Of a DNA stretch of 64,000 nt, positions 1 to 13,307 are shown one piece after another. This stretch comes from Octopus sinensis (lineage: Eukaryota): positions 87,110,001-87,174,000 of the forward strand of contig NC_043003.1 in NCBI RefSeq assembly GCF_006345805.1, written 5' to 3'. The notes beneath the pieces are model-generated. The model was not told where the DNA came from. It saw only the letters and a list, made by a program, of their open reading frames with translations, and did not search any database. The stretch's first letter is position 1; every line of letters starts with the position of its first letter. Both the position numbers and the translations under genes were made by a program.

Positions 1-42
1 ACGAAGACACTCACACGTAGATATATGCGCGCGCACACACAC

Positions 43-191
43 GACAGGCTTCTTTCAGTTTATCATCTTCACTCATAAGATTAAGTCTGCCCGAAGCTAT
101 AGTAAAAGTCACTTGCCCTAGCTGCCCTGCAGTGGGACTGAACCGGGAAGCATGAGGTTGGAAAACAAACTTCTTACGACACAACCACGCT
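43..191 (-). mobile_element. tRNA-derived SINE family A, 5' head only
   Basis: Reverse complement matches the head at 589-740 (GGTTCAGTCCCACTG..GGGCAAGTG..CTATAGC..AACTGAAAGAAG). Confidence 0.75.
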
Positions 192-588
192 TGTATGTAC
201 GATAGACGTTGTGCTGTCAAGAATGGAACTTACAACGTAAAACTCTCTTTAAATTCACATTGGTTGAGTGTTTTCAATTGCCGAATTTTATCCGAATGCT
301 TCATGTTACAAACTACTATTCAGACTGATTTAAACCAAAATGTATGTCAAAGCACCAGGATATGGTGTGTCTGTGTATCTACTTATGTGCGTACGTTTAC
401 AATTACTCGTCAAGGTAAAAAATTTTCTGTTCATAACAACAAATGACTTTAAGCTCCACTTTCATACATAACCGGATACTGTGATTGACAACATAACCAC
501 ATAGGAAAATACGCAAACCTTCGTGCTTAAAATAATAAATTTTGTTGCACATTAATGTAAAAGTTACGCGGAATGTAAATATTTTATT

Positions 589-1008
589 GGCTGTGTGGTA
601 AGTAGCTTGCTTACCAGCCACATGGTTCCGGGTTCAGTCCCACTGAGTGGCACCTTGGGCAAGTGTCTTCTACTATAGCCTCGGGCCGACCAAAGCCTTG
701 TGAGTGGATTTGGTAGACAGAAACTGAAAGAAGTCCGTTGCATGCATGCATGCAGGTATGTATGTATGTATGTATGTATGTATGTATGTATGTATGTATG
801 CCTGTCTGTGTTTGTACCTCCACCATCGCTGGACAACCGATGCTGGTGTGTTTATGTCCCTGTAACTTAGCGGTTCAGCAAAAGCGACCGATAGAATAAG
901 TACTGGGCTTACAAAGAATAAGTCCTATGGTGGATTTGTCCGACTAAAGGTGGTGCTCCAGCATGGCCGCAGTCAAATGCCTGAAACAAATAAAAGAATA
1001 AAAGAATA
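589..1008 (+). mobile_element. SINE family A, full copy with internal (TATG)n microsatellite
   Basis: tRNA-like head (TGTGTGGTAAG / GGTTCAGTCCC), internal microsatellite, 3' body, (TAAAAGAA)n tail; same layout at 41245-41676 on the minus strand. Confidence 0.85.
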
Positions 1009-1267
1009 TAAAAATAAATGATTGCCTTTTAAGGCGGTAAAAAAATTCAATAGTTAAACTTAACTACATTACAAAATTCCTAGCGTGACATTTGGTCTAA
1101 CTTTTGTAAATATCCATTTACGCACATGTATAAAATACAGAGGTTTCTTTGTTAACTTTTATTATTTCTTAGCTTTTGATCTTTCGTTTACTATATCAAC
1201 AAAAACTTAAGTATTTAGAAGTCCTGCCTATTTTTCTTTTCTTATATGTAATGTTGCTTTTTCTGAC

Positions 1268-1335
<68 letters not shown>

Positions 1336-1382
1336 TGTGTGCACGCGCGCGCGCGTGTTTCGTTATTATTATTTACTGAGTT

Positions 1383-1580
1383 TTAGCACGCTGGGCGAAA
1401 TACTTTGCGGTATTTCGCCCGTCTTCACTTTCTGAGTTCAAATTCCCCCGAGGTCGGCTCTGCCTTTCATTTTATCGGGGTCGATAACTTAAGTACCAGT
1501 GAAACACTGGGGTTGATGTAATCAACTAGACCCCTCCCACAAAATTTCAGGCCTTGTACCTTTAGCAGAAAGGATTATTG
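1383..1580 (+). mobile_element. SINE family B, 5'-truncated
   Basis: TTCTGAGTTCAAATTCC..GAGGTCG..GCCTTTCAT..GGGGTCGATAA..AAGTACCAG shared with many copies in the window. Confidence 0.75.
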
Positions 1581-1615
1581 TTGTTTATCGCTCTATTTTT
1601 GTTACCCTGTAGCAT

Positions 1616-1619
<4 letters not shown>

Positions 1620-1702
<83 letters not shown>
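1620..1702. repeat. (CT)n microsatellite
   Basis: Pure CT run. Confidence 0.95.
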
Positions 1703-1705
<3 letters not shown>

Positions 1706-1942
1706 AGTTATAATACAAGTGCTGACGTGGCGGATGTGAGATGGCTTTTGGCCCCTTGGGCCCAGTTGTGCCCGCTGCTCTGATTGGTTGGTTTTGGTGC
1801 AGTTTAACTCTTGTTTTATTTCGCGCCAATGTGCAAACCAAACAATCGCAGCCTTCTGATGAGGTCCCGTGACACAGTCTTCGAGGTTCTCTTCTGGAGC
1901 CCACTAATCTCTTTAAAAGCTAGATCAACAAACCGTAATTCG

Positions 1943-3266
1943 GCCTTTTAGCAGATATCTATCGCAACTGGCAACATGACGGGAGAATTCCTAATTCTGC
2001 GAGGCAAGGAGCGGTGGTACTGCTGAAAAAGGACCCACACAAAGAGGATCAAATAGAAAATTTTAGGCCCATAACGCTGTTGAACACAATTTTCAAAGTT
2101 TTTGTGAAAATGTTAGCAAAGAGGTTTACGCTTTTCGATGAGGAACTGATTAGTGATGCACAAACATGCGCAATTCCAAGTAGATCCATTCGTGACAACC
2201 CTCACCTGATGCGATACATCATAGACAGAGTGGGAAAGGAGCCTGGTATGAGTGGGCCCTGAACAATTTGGATCAGTCAAAAGCTTTGAATAGAGTCGAC
2301 TACCAATACTTGGCGGCTATTCTCACGGCGGCCGGTTTCGGTCCCGTTTTCCGTGGTTGGATCGCTGCAATGTACGGCAACATCTGCTCGGTAGAATGGT
2401 TACCCATCGGAACCTTTCAGCATCATGCTCTCAGTCCATCAAGGGGTTCCCCTCTCGTCTCTTCTGTATGTACTGGCTCTAAACCACTACTGAGGAACTA
2501 GGACGTAGAACCGTGTCGACATACGCAGACGATGTCACCGTCATAGTGTCGAACGGCAGGCACATTGACCTGGTTGGCACTGCACTAAAAGAATACGAGG
2601 CGGTAACGTCGTTGGATGCTGGACGGCAGGACCGGTTAAATTGCTCGAGATCTGGTTTGATCCGGATCTCCTGATGAAGAACTGAGACGAGGTGACAAGC
2701 ATGTCGCCTAATATCATCCAGAAATGAGAGAAAGCTATCTCTGAAAGGTCGGGCAGAGGTGGAGAAGCATACACTGCCTGACGATTGTGCCTTGCTCGAC
2801 TTTACGTCTGATCAAACTGGAGCTCGTTCGCTATCTGTGGAAGGGACGCATCCACTGGTCATGAGATCAAATTGTTGTCAACATCCACTGAATGAAGGGT
2901 TGAGAATGTCGTGGCTGCTGATGCACAGACATGCACTAAGGCTGCGACATTTTCAGTGCTTCGTTGACAGTGAACTCGTCTCTGAGTTGCAGTATTCGAT
3001 CAAGCGTAGATCGAGGGAAGGCGCCAGTACCTGGAGTTTCGTCAGACACTTACAGTTTTCTGTCAGTCGTGCAATACAGTAGGTGGAAGTTCCACTTTGG
3101 TATTCCACAGAGGGTTAATGGCGGATAAGTACGACGACGTTTTCGGTGAGACACTGGGCGTCGACGAGAATGAACTGGCTGGGCTGTTTTGGCGGACTTT
3201 CGAGCCTTGCAGAAATCCTTTGCCCCGAAGTGCTACCGGGAGGCATTGCCGGATTGGGATAAACAC
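1943..3266 (+). pseudogene. Tx1/L1-clade non-LTR retrotransposon RT remnant, copy 1
   Basis: NFRPITLLNTIFK, DAQTCAIPSRSIRDN, DQSKALNRVDYQYL, GFGPVFRGWI motifs; frameshifts and deletions; homologous to 8312-10330. Confidence 0.8.
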
Positions 3267-3267
3267 A

Positions 3268-3568
3268 AAGAATGAAAGGCAAAGTCGACCTCGGAGGAAT
3301 TTGAACTCAAAAACGTAAAGACAGACGAAATACCTATTTCTTTACTACCCACAAGGGGCTAAACACAAAGGGGACAAACAAGGACAAACAAACGGATTAA
3401 GTCGATTATATCGACCCCAGTGTGTAACTGGTACTTAATTTATCGACCCTGAAAGGATGAAAGGCAAAGTCGACCTCGGCGGAATTTGAACTCAGAACGT
3501 AACGGCAGACGAAATACCACTACCCATTTCGCCCGGCGTGCTAACGATTCTGCCAGCTCGCCGCCTTC
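3268..3568 (-). mobile_element. SINE family B, full copy plus partial tandem piece
   Basis: Reverse complement matches 11483-11721. Confidence 0.85.
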
Positions 3569-3609
3569 CTTCCTTTATGATATTACATTAAGAATGCTTT
3601 TGCTTTCAT

Positions 3610-5110
3610 TTGTGAAACAGTAATCACTTGGTATCTAAAATCCAAATTTTAAATTAAATTCAGGAAGACGGACAAATCTTTCCTCCATATCTTTAAGGAG
3701 ATGATCAACAGTTTCATTAATTTCATTATTCCCATTATTTCTTCTCTCGCAGTTAACTATACATCTTAAATTTTTCCACCAGACATCTATTTCTTTTTTT
3801 GAAGGCGTCCCTCTGCTTGAATCTTAGTCATCGCATAGTTTCTGCTCAGTTTCAAGTGAGTCACTAATCTATGACTTTCGATTGCTTAAAAACGTCACCT
3901 TCAAGAACCTTCTGTTATTACGAAAGTTCATGGTATGGTCTTAGAGTTGCTTTTTTATTTTTAATATGATTTATCCGAATAGGAATTTTTTTCTAAATCC
4001 ATACAAAACCAAGATATTTGTTTCATGAACAGAGTTGCTTCATCTTGTGTAGTAGATGTTTAATTATGATCATCAACTTTGATTTGAAAAATGTTCCAAG
4101 GTATTAGAATATTCACGAAGTGACTTTACAGACTCGGTTCTGAAGCACAAGGGATTTCAGATTCAGATGTGACCACTATTGTTATAGTGGCTTCAGGCTC
4201 TTATTAACGAAGAGTTGAACAGGAAAAGAATGAATAAAATGGCCTTAATTACAACTTAAATAAAGTTAGCAGCAAAACGCCATGTTTAACAGAACGCTCT
4301 CCGGTAATTGTGGCAACCAAGAAATATTACAGTATATTTTCATTAATCCCTGTTCAAAAGTTCAACAATCTTCGAACAACGTTTCGTTTTTTGCTGTTTG
4401 TTCATAAATTACTTCCAAATTACTTTCTGTATTCTTTTGGTTGTTGTAAATCCAAGACAAAAATACCCTTAAAAAAATTCTCCTTAAAATGATTAACAAC
4501 ATAACATGCTATGTCCGAATTGGACCAAAGCACAAGGCCAAGTTATTTATCCTTATGAATGCTATGTGGCAATTTCTGACAAACAAAAGCCTTTAGTTGA
4601 ATATATTCATTCTGCAATAATGGAGATGCCTAGATATGATGTACTTTCTAGAGTAATAGAGATATAAATAAATGTATGATATAATTTCTGCACTGTTGGA
4701 AATATAAATACATGATATACTTTCTACAATAACTGGGATAATTATATAGGATTTTCTTCCAGCATTTTTTCCCACATTACCAAGGTGTTTCTCATGACAG
4801 AATGAAAATTTGCTGACGATTTGAACGCTCCTCAAGCATTTCCATAATTGTCTTCCTGTTCTTGTTCACGGGTTTTTTATTGCTCAGCAATGAAGTATTG
4901 TGAAATACTAAAAATGCTATGCAATGGAGAATTCTGTGCAGATCTTTGATTTATTTTCTGATGCAATTATACCTTGACTCTCTTTGATAATGCTACCTCT
5001 ATTTTCTAAGAAACTTCTTTCTATTTCCTTCTAGTGAATCGATAATGTTTTGCCTTGAGCGATTGACAACTGGGTTAATATTTGTCTTTGTGCATATGTA
5101 ACCGCTTACA
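3610..5110 (-). pseudogene. Possible heavily degraded hAT-type transposase
   Basis: Hand translation gives only fragments reminiscent of hAT transposases (RILHCIAFL.., SLKPL..WS, VDHLLKDMEERF..FGFL), with many stops. Confidence 0.3.
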
Positions 5111-5351
5111 GTTAATATCCGGCTACGTACTGAAGCTATACACTGAATGTGAATGCATTCATACTAAATTGATATTACCACGCATGACCCAGACTTATAA
5201 ATAAAATGAGTCATTTTTATATTTAAAAAATTCTCTCATTCCACCTCACCCCTAAACTGCAAACAATGTGAAGTAGGAAGTATATGCCAGTATGCTCCAC
5301 TATAAATATGGGATGATCTTGTTTGGATACCCGCTTGAATGGCTTGTTTCT

Positions 5352-5412
<61 letters not shown>

Positions 5413-5647
5413 CACACACACACTAAGACGGGTTAGACTATATTTTAAAGACAATAAAATCACATGCAAGCAAACACAGAAAATACCAAAGGGGAAAAGG
5501 AAAACCAAAAAAGTGCATAGCCTATTGGGTTTTACATTGAATTTGTTTCACTTTTTAAAGCACTTAAATTCATCTGATTTTCGACATTTTTTGTCCGAAA
5601 ATTCCACATCTTTCTCTCTCTCCCTCCCTCCTCACTCTCTCTCTTTA

Positions 5648-5678
<31 letters not shown>

Positions 5679-6511
5679 TGTATGTATAGCCATTACACAT
5701 TCTTTATTTTCTCACCTTGTTTCTTTCTGCAGCGTAGGCTCGAAACGTTAAAGACTTTTTCACTTCCCGAGCGTTAAACTAAAACATCTGTTTGTTGTCT
5801 ACACTATCTGTCTTCGTCTTTTGTTTTTTTGTGTGTGAATTCTCCCTATATATATATATATATAGTGTACTGTTCTGTGATGGTAAGATCAGCAAAAAAA
5901 GTACTCCATCTAGTGCCAGATTTGAAATTTTCAGCAGATGTAAATATATGGATAAGTTCCTGTTGGCGAATTGGAAAACACCACCGTCTCCGGACTGAGC
6001 AGCTGTACCGCAGACTCTAAGCCCCTATTCATTTATTCTTTCAGCCTTATGACTTTACAGTCGAAGGGGACTTAATTTCTTCTTTTCTATTTTCCGGTGT
6101 TTTCAACCTTTCAACTTTTTACATCTATTTTTTCTCGCATTTTCTCGTATTTTCTCTGATTCTATCATCCTGTTTTATCTTGCTATGCTATGTGGGCCGA
6201 CCCTGAGGATTGCGTGAAGGCACCAGACGTGTTATAAAAATGCTATTTGTGTTGTTTTCATCGCATGAAACTACTAGTAGCTCGTAAAAATACCACACAC
6301 ACACAAAGTTGTTAACGAAGATTGTTAAACTAAATATAAATTATATTTAAACAGAAAAGAAAAACACACCATAGCTTGCAGTTGTTTTCAGCTTATGCAA
6401 CATGTCAATTTGGTTAATACTCGTTATTATTTAGTGTTTGAATATTTTGTGAAACTCTTGGTCTGTTGATTAATATATAAATACCGTACAAAATAACGAA
6501 GTATGCGAAAT

Positions 6512-6940
6512 GGATCTTTACGGTTTGAACGGCAGTTTTTAACATAATTTCTAGGTAACTAAAAAATATTAAACTTCGTATACTGGTAGAATGTGTTTAT
6601 AAAACATCTTTTTCTCTTGGCTTTATTGAGAAAATTCTATACTTTGTAAGATATTTGTTGGGTTTTTTTCTTCAATTTCTGCAATTTCAACCAATCAATT
6701 ACGTCCATTGAGGTAAAAAAAACATTCTGTGCCGTATGAATATGTCCCTCGTTTAAGAAACAGATTGGGTTTATTTAAATTTGTGAAGAAAAAAGATACC
6801 CTTCCCCCCACCCCTAACCCTAATTAATCCTAACCCTAAAACAGATTGAAATGCAACAGATCGATACTAGGGTCATAATTATGGGTGACAATTTCACATG
6901 ACACCGCTAGAAAAAACTGCCGTTCAAACCGAAAAGATCC
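6512..6940. mobile_element. MITE with 29-bp TIRs and 8-bp TSD (Merlin- or hAT-type)
   Basis: TIR GGATCTTT(A/T)CGGTTTGAACGGCAGTTTTT at both ends; TGCGAAAT duplicated at 6504-6511 and 6941-6948. Confidence 0.85.
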
Positions 6941-7044
6941 TGCGAAATAACAAATAATTTTATTTTGTTGTAAATCACAAGCTTCTCCACTGATTGATAA
7001 ATCAATTTAGTTGTAATAAGCTATGATCGACCACAATTCAATAT

Positions 7045-7310
7045 ATCATTCATCATTGTTCGACCGTGGTCGAGACAATGGAATTTACTATGTTACGCCA
7101 GACTTCACGGTCCATCATAGCATTACGGAGGTCCTGTTGCTGGATGCCTGTATCCCTGGAGATTACATCAGGGTAGGAGAGTGTGCGCCCTCTGGTATTG
7201 CGAATAGATGGCTTCCAGAGGAGAAGAGTAGAAATTACTTCTTTTTCAGCTCTACAACAATGTCCAGCAAACTGGACTCTCCTACCTTTCACAAGAGATG
7301 ACACAGGTGG
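7045..7310 (-). pseudogene. RTE/RTEX-type LINE ORF2 C-terminal fragment (family distinct from the main RTE)
   Basis: ORF 7053-7304: RRVQFAGHC..LLLWKP..RGR..YPDVISRDTG..MMDREVWR, typical RTE-clade C-terminus. Confidence 0.7.
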
Positions 7311-8311
7311 TAATTTCCCATATATAATTCAATATATAATATCGGCTTTGTATTCAACAACCAGAAAATAATACAGAAAATATGAATACTCAGAAAGGGG
7401 GAATAATACATTATACTCAAAAGAATGTTAATATTAGTGATATACTAAAAAAAGGATGGGACTGAAAGACGTTTGCACGATATACATGTAAGTTTGCATG
7501 ATATGTGCACAAGCTATAGGTAGCTCAATGGTATCTGTGTGTTTTCGTACAAATACGTCTGTAGAAATTTCTGTGCATGCTTTCTACTAAAAGTTGTGTA
7601 ATAGTTGCTAGAGTTGCTACGGCTAGCACAGTGGTCACGTCCGATCGTAGCAGAAAAACGTGTATTTGAATTGACAAGTGTTATGCGTTTTAGTTTTCAA
7701 ACATATATGACTTTATGTTCCATGTCATGTCTTCCGGTGAAAACTGAGCTGATCTTTAAAGTCAAGTAGTTTGTTTCTGAAATTCTATTCGGTGAAAAAC
7801 TGCAGCTGTTAAAATTTGTCACGAATTTAAGTTGTTCTGTTTGTCACCATTGTCGGTGGTTTGTTGTGCTTGCGGTTCTTGTTGTACGTTAATGTATGAG
7901 TATTAAAATTAGGGTGGTTACCTGTTTATAAACAGGAAAAAAAAACTCGCAAACATTTACCAATATATTAAGTGGAGATCGAACACAAAAATTATTAGAT
8001 AATCAATGGTAGAGAAACTTTGGATATAGGGATCGACTTTTATGGTATCTAAATACTATAGTTGGGTTACTTATCCAGTAACCTCTGCCAACGAAGTTGG
8101 GTACCAATTTAAGATCAACAAGGCAAGAAGATAGGCTCGACTGTGGACAAAATGTGCACACTAGTTGATAGGTTGAGAAAGTAGATAGGCATTGGAGAAG
8201 AATCATTGCTCTTTGAAATGAAATCCATGTACTTGTTTAGAAAATGATTATGCAATACAGCTTTGGTGCCAGTTGATCTGGGAGTTGAACTTTAACCAAA
8301 TCTGTGAACTG

Positions 8312-10330
8312 GCGGCCTCTTAGCAGATATCTATCGCAACTGTCAGCTGAACAGGAGAATTCCTAGTTCTGTGAGTCGAGAAGCGGTGACACTACAAGGA
8401 AAGGATCCAAACAAGAAGGATCAAATAGAACATTATAGGCCCATAACGCTGCTGAACGCAGATTTCAACATTTTGGTGAAGGTATTAGCAAAGAGTTTGG
8501 CGCTTGTCGTCGAGGAACGGATTTGAGATGAGCAAACATGCGCCATCCCTAGCAAGTCTATCTACGACAACCTCCTTATCTTAGACAGGGTAGGTAAAGA
8601 AGCTGGCATGGGTGGAGCCCTGGTCAGTTTGAATCAGTCAAAAGTCTTGGATAGGGTCGACCACTAATACTTGGTGGCTGTTCTCACAGCGGCCGGTTTC
8701 GGTCCTGTTTTTGTGGCTGGATTGCCGCAATGTACATCAACACCTACGCGGTAATTTGGATGAATGGTTACTTATCAGGACATTTCAGCATCATGCTCTC
8801 GGTCGATCAAAGGTATTTCCTCTTGTCTCTTCTGTATGTAGAGCCACTACTATGGAAACTGGAGGCGTTGAGAGGCATCCCGCGCGATCTAGGACGTGGA
8901 AGAACCGTGTCGGCACATGTGGACGGCATCACCGTCATAGTGTTGAACAGCAGACTCACGGAACTGATCAGCACTGTAATAAAAGAATACAAGGCAATGA
9001 CAGGAGCGAAAATTAACCAAAAGTCTGTGGACCTGTAGCTCGGCACCTGGAGAGGGAGGTCCATACCGTCCAATAACGTCGTGGGACACCGGACGTAAGG
9101 ACCGGTTAAGTTTCTTGGAGTCTGGTTTGGTCCGGACCTCCTGGCGAAGAAGAACTTGGACGAGGTGACGAGCAGGGTGGCCAATCTCACTCAGAAATGG
9201 GCCAAGAGAAAGCTGTTTCTGGAAGTTGTGTTGAGGTGGCGAATGCATGTACATTGCCTCCGTTATATATTACCACCTGATCATCGTGCCTCGCTTCACT
9301 TCACGTCTGATCAAACGGGAACGCATACTCATTCGCTATCTGTGGAAGGGACGCGTTCCACTGGTCAGGCACTCCATTTGTTGTCAACATGCGCTTAATG
9401 GAGGGTTGGGAATGCTGTGGATGCTGATGCGCAGATATGCGCTACGGCTGCGACATCTTCAGCGCTTCCTTTTTTTTTTTTTTTTGTCTTTCTCGAGCCA
9501 TGCTTGGCTCATAAGGGCCAGTTTCCCGGTTTCTTGGCGTATAGGTTCCCCCACCTGGACGGACGCAGGTCCGTTGCAGGTGAGCTGCAAGATGCAGGAG
9601 GAAATAATGAGAGAAAGTTGTGGGGAAAGAGTCAGCAGAAGTTTGCCATTACCTTCTGCCGGAGCCGCGTGGAGCTTAGGTGTTTTCGCTCATAAACACA
9701 CACATCGCCCGGTCTGAGATTCGAACCCGCGATCCCTCGACCGCGAGTCCGCTACTCTGACCACTAGGCCATGTGCCTCCACAGCGCTTCCTTGACATTG
9801 AGCAGGTGTGATCACCGTTTGTCATACAGTATTTTCCACAGCTCGTCTCTGAACTGCAGTCTTGGATCAAGTGTAGACCGAGGCAGTGCACTTGGCACCT
9901 GGAGTCTCGTCAGACGATCACATTCCTCTGTCAGTTGGAAGTTCCACTTTGGCATTCTATAGGGGGGTTGTGGTGGGCATGTACGACAACGTTCTCGTGG
10001 AGACTCAGGGAGTCTACAAGAATGATCTGGCTGGTCTGTGTTGAATGGCTTTCGGGCCGGGAACCATGGATACTTTCCAAAATCCATGGTCCGGCAGTGC
10101 TACAGGGAGGCATTGCTGGTTCGGTATAAACTCTACAGTCATGGAAATTTCCGTCAGCTGGGCTTGCCGTGATGCGCACAGAGCAACGAAATTGTTCTTG
10201 CACTCTCTCGTCCAGTACCGGACAATTGCTGACTCGTGGGTTTGTGTCGAACACTTGTCGAGTGTAAGACAGATCCGACTATCAGCTGAGTCAATTGTCA
10301 AGATCCTATCGCCTTCCTTTGGCCGGGAAG
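8312..10330 (+). pseudogene. Tx1/L1-clade LINE ORF2 remnant, copy 2 (RT through C-terminal zinc-knuckle region)
   Basis: YRPITLLNADFNIL, NGYLSGHFSI, KFLGVWFGPD, and a degenerate CCHC-like region near 10170-10230; interrupted by the SINE at 9470-9781. Confidence 0.8.
9470..9781 (-). mobile_element. SINE family D, tail type 2, nested in the Tx1-like LINE
   Basis: tRNA-like head (GGCCTAGTGG..GGTTCGAATC), A-rich tail, TSD CAGCGCTTCC at 9460-9469 and 9782-9791. Confidence 0.9.
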
Positions 10331-10489
10331 AGTAGACAATGTTTGTCTGATGGCTTTAGCGAAAGTTGGTGTGTTGAGGACCAGATAGAGAGTGCCGAAG
10401 ACAGATACTTTACTCTTTAGCCAGGCCCTCATCATTTTTTCAGTCTGTGGAGAAATAGCTAAAATTTTCTGTTTATAATTATACCGTAT

Positions 10490-10560
10490 TTTACATATAT
10501 ATATATAAATACATACACATATGCACACACATACATACTATACATACATATATGCATATA

Positions 10561-10591
<31 letters not shown>

Positions 10592-10601
10592 TATATATAT
10601 A

Positions 10602-10677
<76 letters not shown>

Positions 10678-10680
10678 TAC
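10490..10680. repeat. (TA)n microsatellite
   Basis: Long interrupted TA run. Confidence 0.95.
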
Positions 10681-11165
10681 ATACACACACGTATGTGTGT
10701 GTGTGTGTTCCTTATATTTGCACAGGCTGGTGTTTCTAGGATATTATTTTGATAGTACACCGAAGGATGTATACTTCTGGGTATTTGAGCTGGGGTTTTT
10801 TAATGTAGTGACATAGACTGTGTGGGTGAACGTTTGATGCCTATTGTAGTTATAAAGTGTATCCATCACTTGTCTATGTGGTTTTTCATAATATTTTTTG
10901 TCTCATTGAGTGTGTGGTCTGTGGGTGTAACCAGTACACAACCTGTTATCACAGGAGTGGGCTGTTTAGTATTCTTAGTGCAAATGTCTTGAGACACCAG
11001 TGGACCAGGTCAACTATGTATAATTCATAAATTTAGGATAGGCATAATTCATTTCATTTGTACACTATTGACGTTATTTCTTTTTGTTGGTCATTGTTCG
11101 CAGTATTTTTGTGCGTTACTTTCATTTTCTATATTCTCTTTACAAATTGTGAATATAGAGAGTGG

Positions 11166-11370
11166 GAAGGCAGTGAGTTAGCAAAATCGTTTGCAAGCCA
11201 AACTAAATACTTAGCGGTATTTCGCCCGTCTTTACGTTCTGAGTTCAAATTCCGCAGATACTTTTCCTTTCATCCTTTCGAGGTCGATAAAATAAGTAGC
11301 AGTTGAACACTAGAGTTGATGTAATCGACTTAGTCCCACCCGTGAAATTGCTGGCCTTCTGCCAAAATTT
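11166..11370 (+). mobile_element. SINE family B
   Basis: Matches family B head and central domain. Confidence 0.75.
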
Positions 11371-11482
11371 AAAATCAATATAATAGGGAGTGAGGTTTGT
11401 AACTTCTAGTAGTTTTGTCTTCTGTGTGTTTGATGCGTGTTTAATGTTGCTGAGTATGACACTTAGCTGTATATCATGTTCT

Positions 11483-11721
11483 AAGGCGGCGAGCTGGCAG
11501 AAACGTTAGCACACTGGACAAAATGCTTAGAGGTATTTCGCCCGTCGCTACGTACTGAGTTCAAATTCCGCCAAGGTCGACTTTGCCTTTCATCCTTTCG
11601 GGGTCGATAAATTAAGTACCAGTTACGCACTGGGGTTGATGTATTCGACTTAATCCGTTTGTCTGTCCTTGTTTGACCTCTCTGTGTCTAGCCCCTTGCG
11701 GGTAGTAAAGAAATAGGTATT
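11483..11721 (+). mobile_element. SINE family B, full length with TSD
   Basis: AAGGCGGCGAGCTGGCAGAA..AAAGAAATAGGTATT flanked by TCATGTTCT at 11474-11482 and 11722-11730. Confidence 0.9.
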
Positions 11722-12594
11722 TCATGTTCTATTTTGTTGCTAGTGAGAAAAAAAGCTGTATTTTATGGATACTACATTAAGTCCGGTGTTTTTGAGCCAA
11801 ACTTCAAAATGATTTGAGTGGTGTTGGAGTAACTCGGCAGCATTCTTTGGAGAATGTTGGGATATGAGTATGATGATATTGGCTGCCTGCATGAGGCTGT
11901 TTTTATATTTTGAAGGTGTGGCGAAGTTGTGTCAAGCTTTAGGTTAGAAAAGGTGGATATGAGAACAGATCCGTTACACCATTCGGGAAATTGCAGGTCC
12001 TGAAAGTGTTGTTCTTGTACACAGCATAGACTTCGAGGTCTGTGTGGTAGCTTGTTAGCCAGTGTTTTGTGTTGTTAAATACGTACACTTAGTTAATTCC
12101 CATAAAAATTTCTTATAAATTTTTGCAACGGTTTTGTGTTTTTCTGTTGTTGACTGCGTTTTTTTTTTTTCTGTTTCCTACGATAATGGCTCTTTGGTTC
12201 CCTAAGTGACAAATTTCGCTTCAACCTGTACAATTTTTTATTTTCCGTAAAACATTCTGCCCGTTGTATCTGGATATAAGGCAGGATGTGTGTGTGTGTG
12301 TGTGTTGTGTGTGTGTGTGTGAATTTAATTTATGCACGTCCACAAATTAGCACGCATGTCGCTCCAATTTTAGGAGGACCTAAGCTGTATTTTCGTCAAC
12401 TTATTTTTACCAGAGGCACCAGCGAATAGCAGTAAAAATAAATTTTCAAACAAAACTTTTAACAATTTACAAGTCAGAGAAATCACCATTGTTTGCAAAC
12501 AGGAGTTAAGTCCCCTTCTAGCGATGGGTAAGTTTTTAAGACTTTTGTTGTTATTTTTTCATCGAGGAAAAATTGTTTTGTTGATATACGGGCA

Positions 12595-12640
<46 letters not shown>

Positions 12641-12693
12641 GCGTACAAAAACATGTATGCAATAGGTGTACGTACGTACGTGTGTGTGTGTGT

Positions 12694-12727
<34 letters not shown>

Positions 12728-12824
12728 GCCCATATATAAATATATATATATCAACAATTATTTCTACTAAGTTCAGTATGTGGCAAAGTAATTTATTTTA
12801 CTAAGCCCTAATTATATAATGTAA

Positions 12825-12855
<31 letters not shown>

Positions 12856-12944
12856 AATTTCAACGGATTTCGGCCAAATTTGACGTCGATGTTACTTAGT
12901 TTGGTTTGAAATAAATCACTTGATTAGCTTAATAATCCTAACTT

Positions 12945-12975
12945 AAACCCGGGCAAAGCCTGGTTATACTGCTAG
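12945..12975 (+). mobile_element. Helitron-type 3' terminus
   Basis: GC hairpin CCCGGGCAAAGCCTGG followed by CTAG|T. Confidence 0.55.
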
Positions 12976-13059
12976 TTAAGAAATATAATTTCCGTTACCC
13001 AATTATTTTCATTGTTTATTATCTTCTATATCCGTGTATTTCTGTATACGTATATAACC

Positions 13060-13300
13060 ATGCCTAGAAGGAAAGTGTCAAATTTATCTACAACGTCAAA
13101 GTCACCGAAAGGCGTGTCTCTGTCCAAGGAAAGAGTGACACCTGCAGAAAGGGAAGCATACCAAGAAACGAATAGACAGTGAGCTACAAAAGCAAGAGCA
13201 TCTCAAAACGATTAACAGAGGTATTAACAGAGGCTGACAAGGAATAGGATCTCCACTGCAGAACGAAGAGCAGTTGCAACAACTCAAAGAAGTAACTTCA
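13060..13300 (+). pseudogene. Helitron Rep/helicase-like N-terminal fragment
   Basis: MPRRKVSNLS..ETNRQ*A..QRLTRNRISTAERRA; QR..RNR(I/L).T motif also seen in the Helitron fragment at 35923-36261. Confidence 0.4.
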
Positions 13301-13307
13301 TAACATC

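Noticed and set aside
1855-1885. CTGATGAG hammerhead-like start
   Set aside because: No matching GAAA or stem II closure follows.
10740-12130. Possible degraded Penelope or other ORF on the minus strand
   Set aside because: No motif could be recovered with confidence by hand translation.
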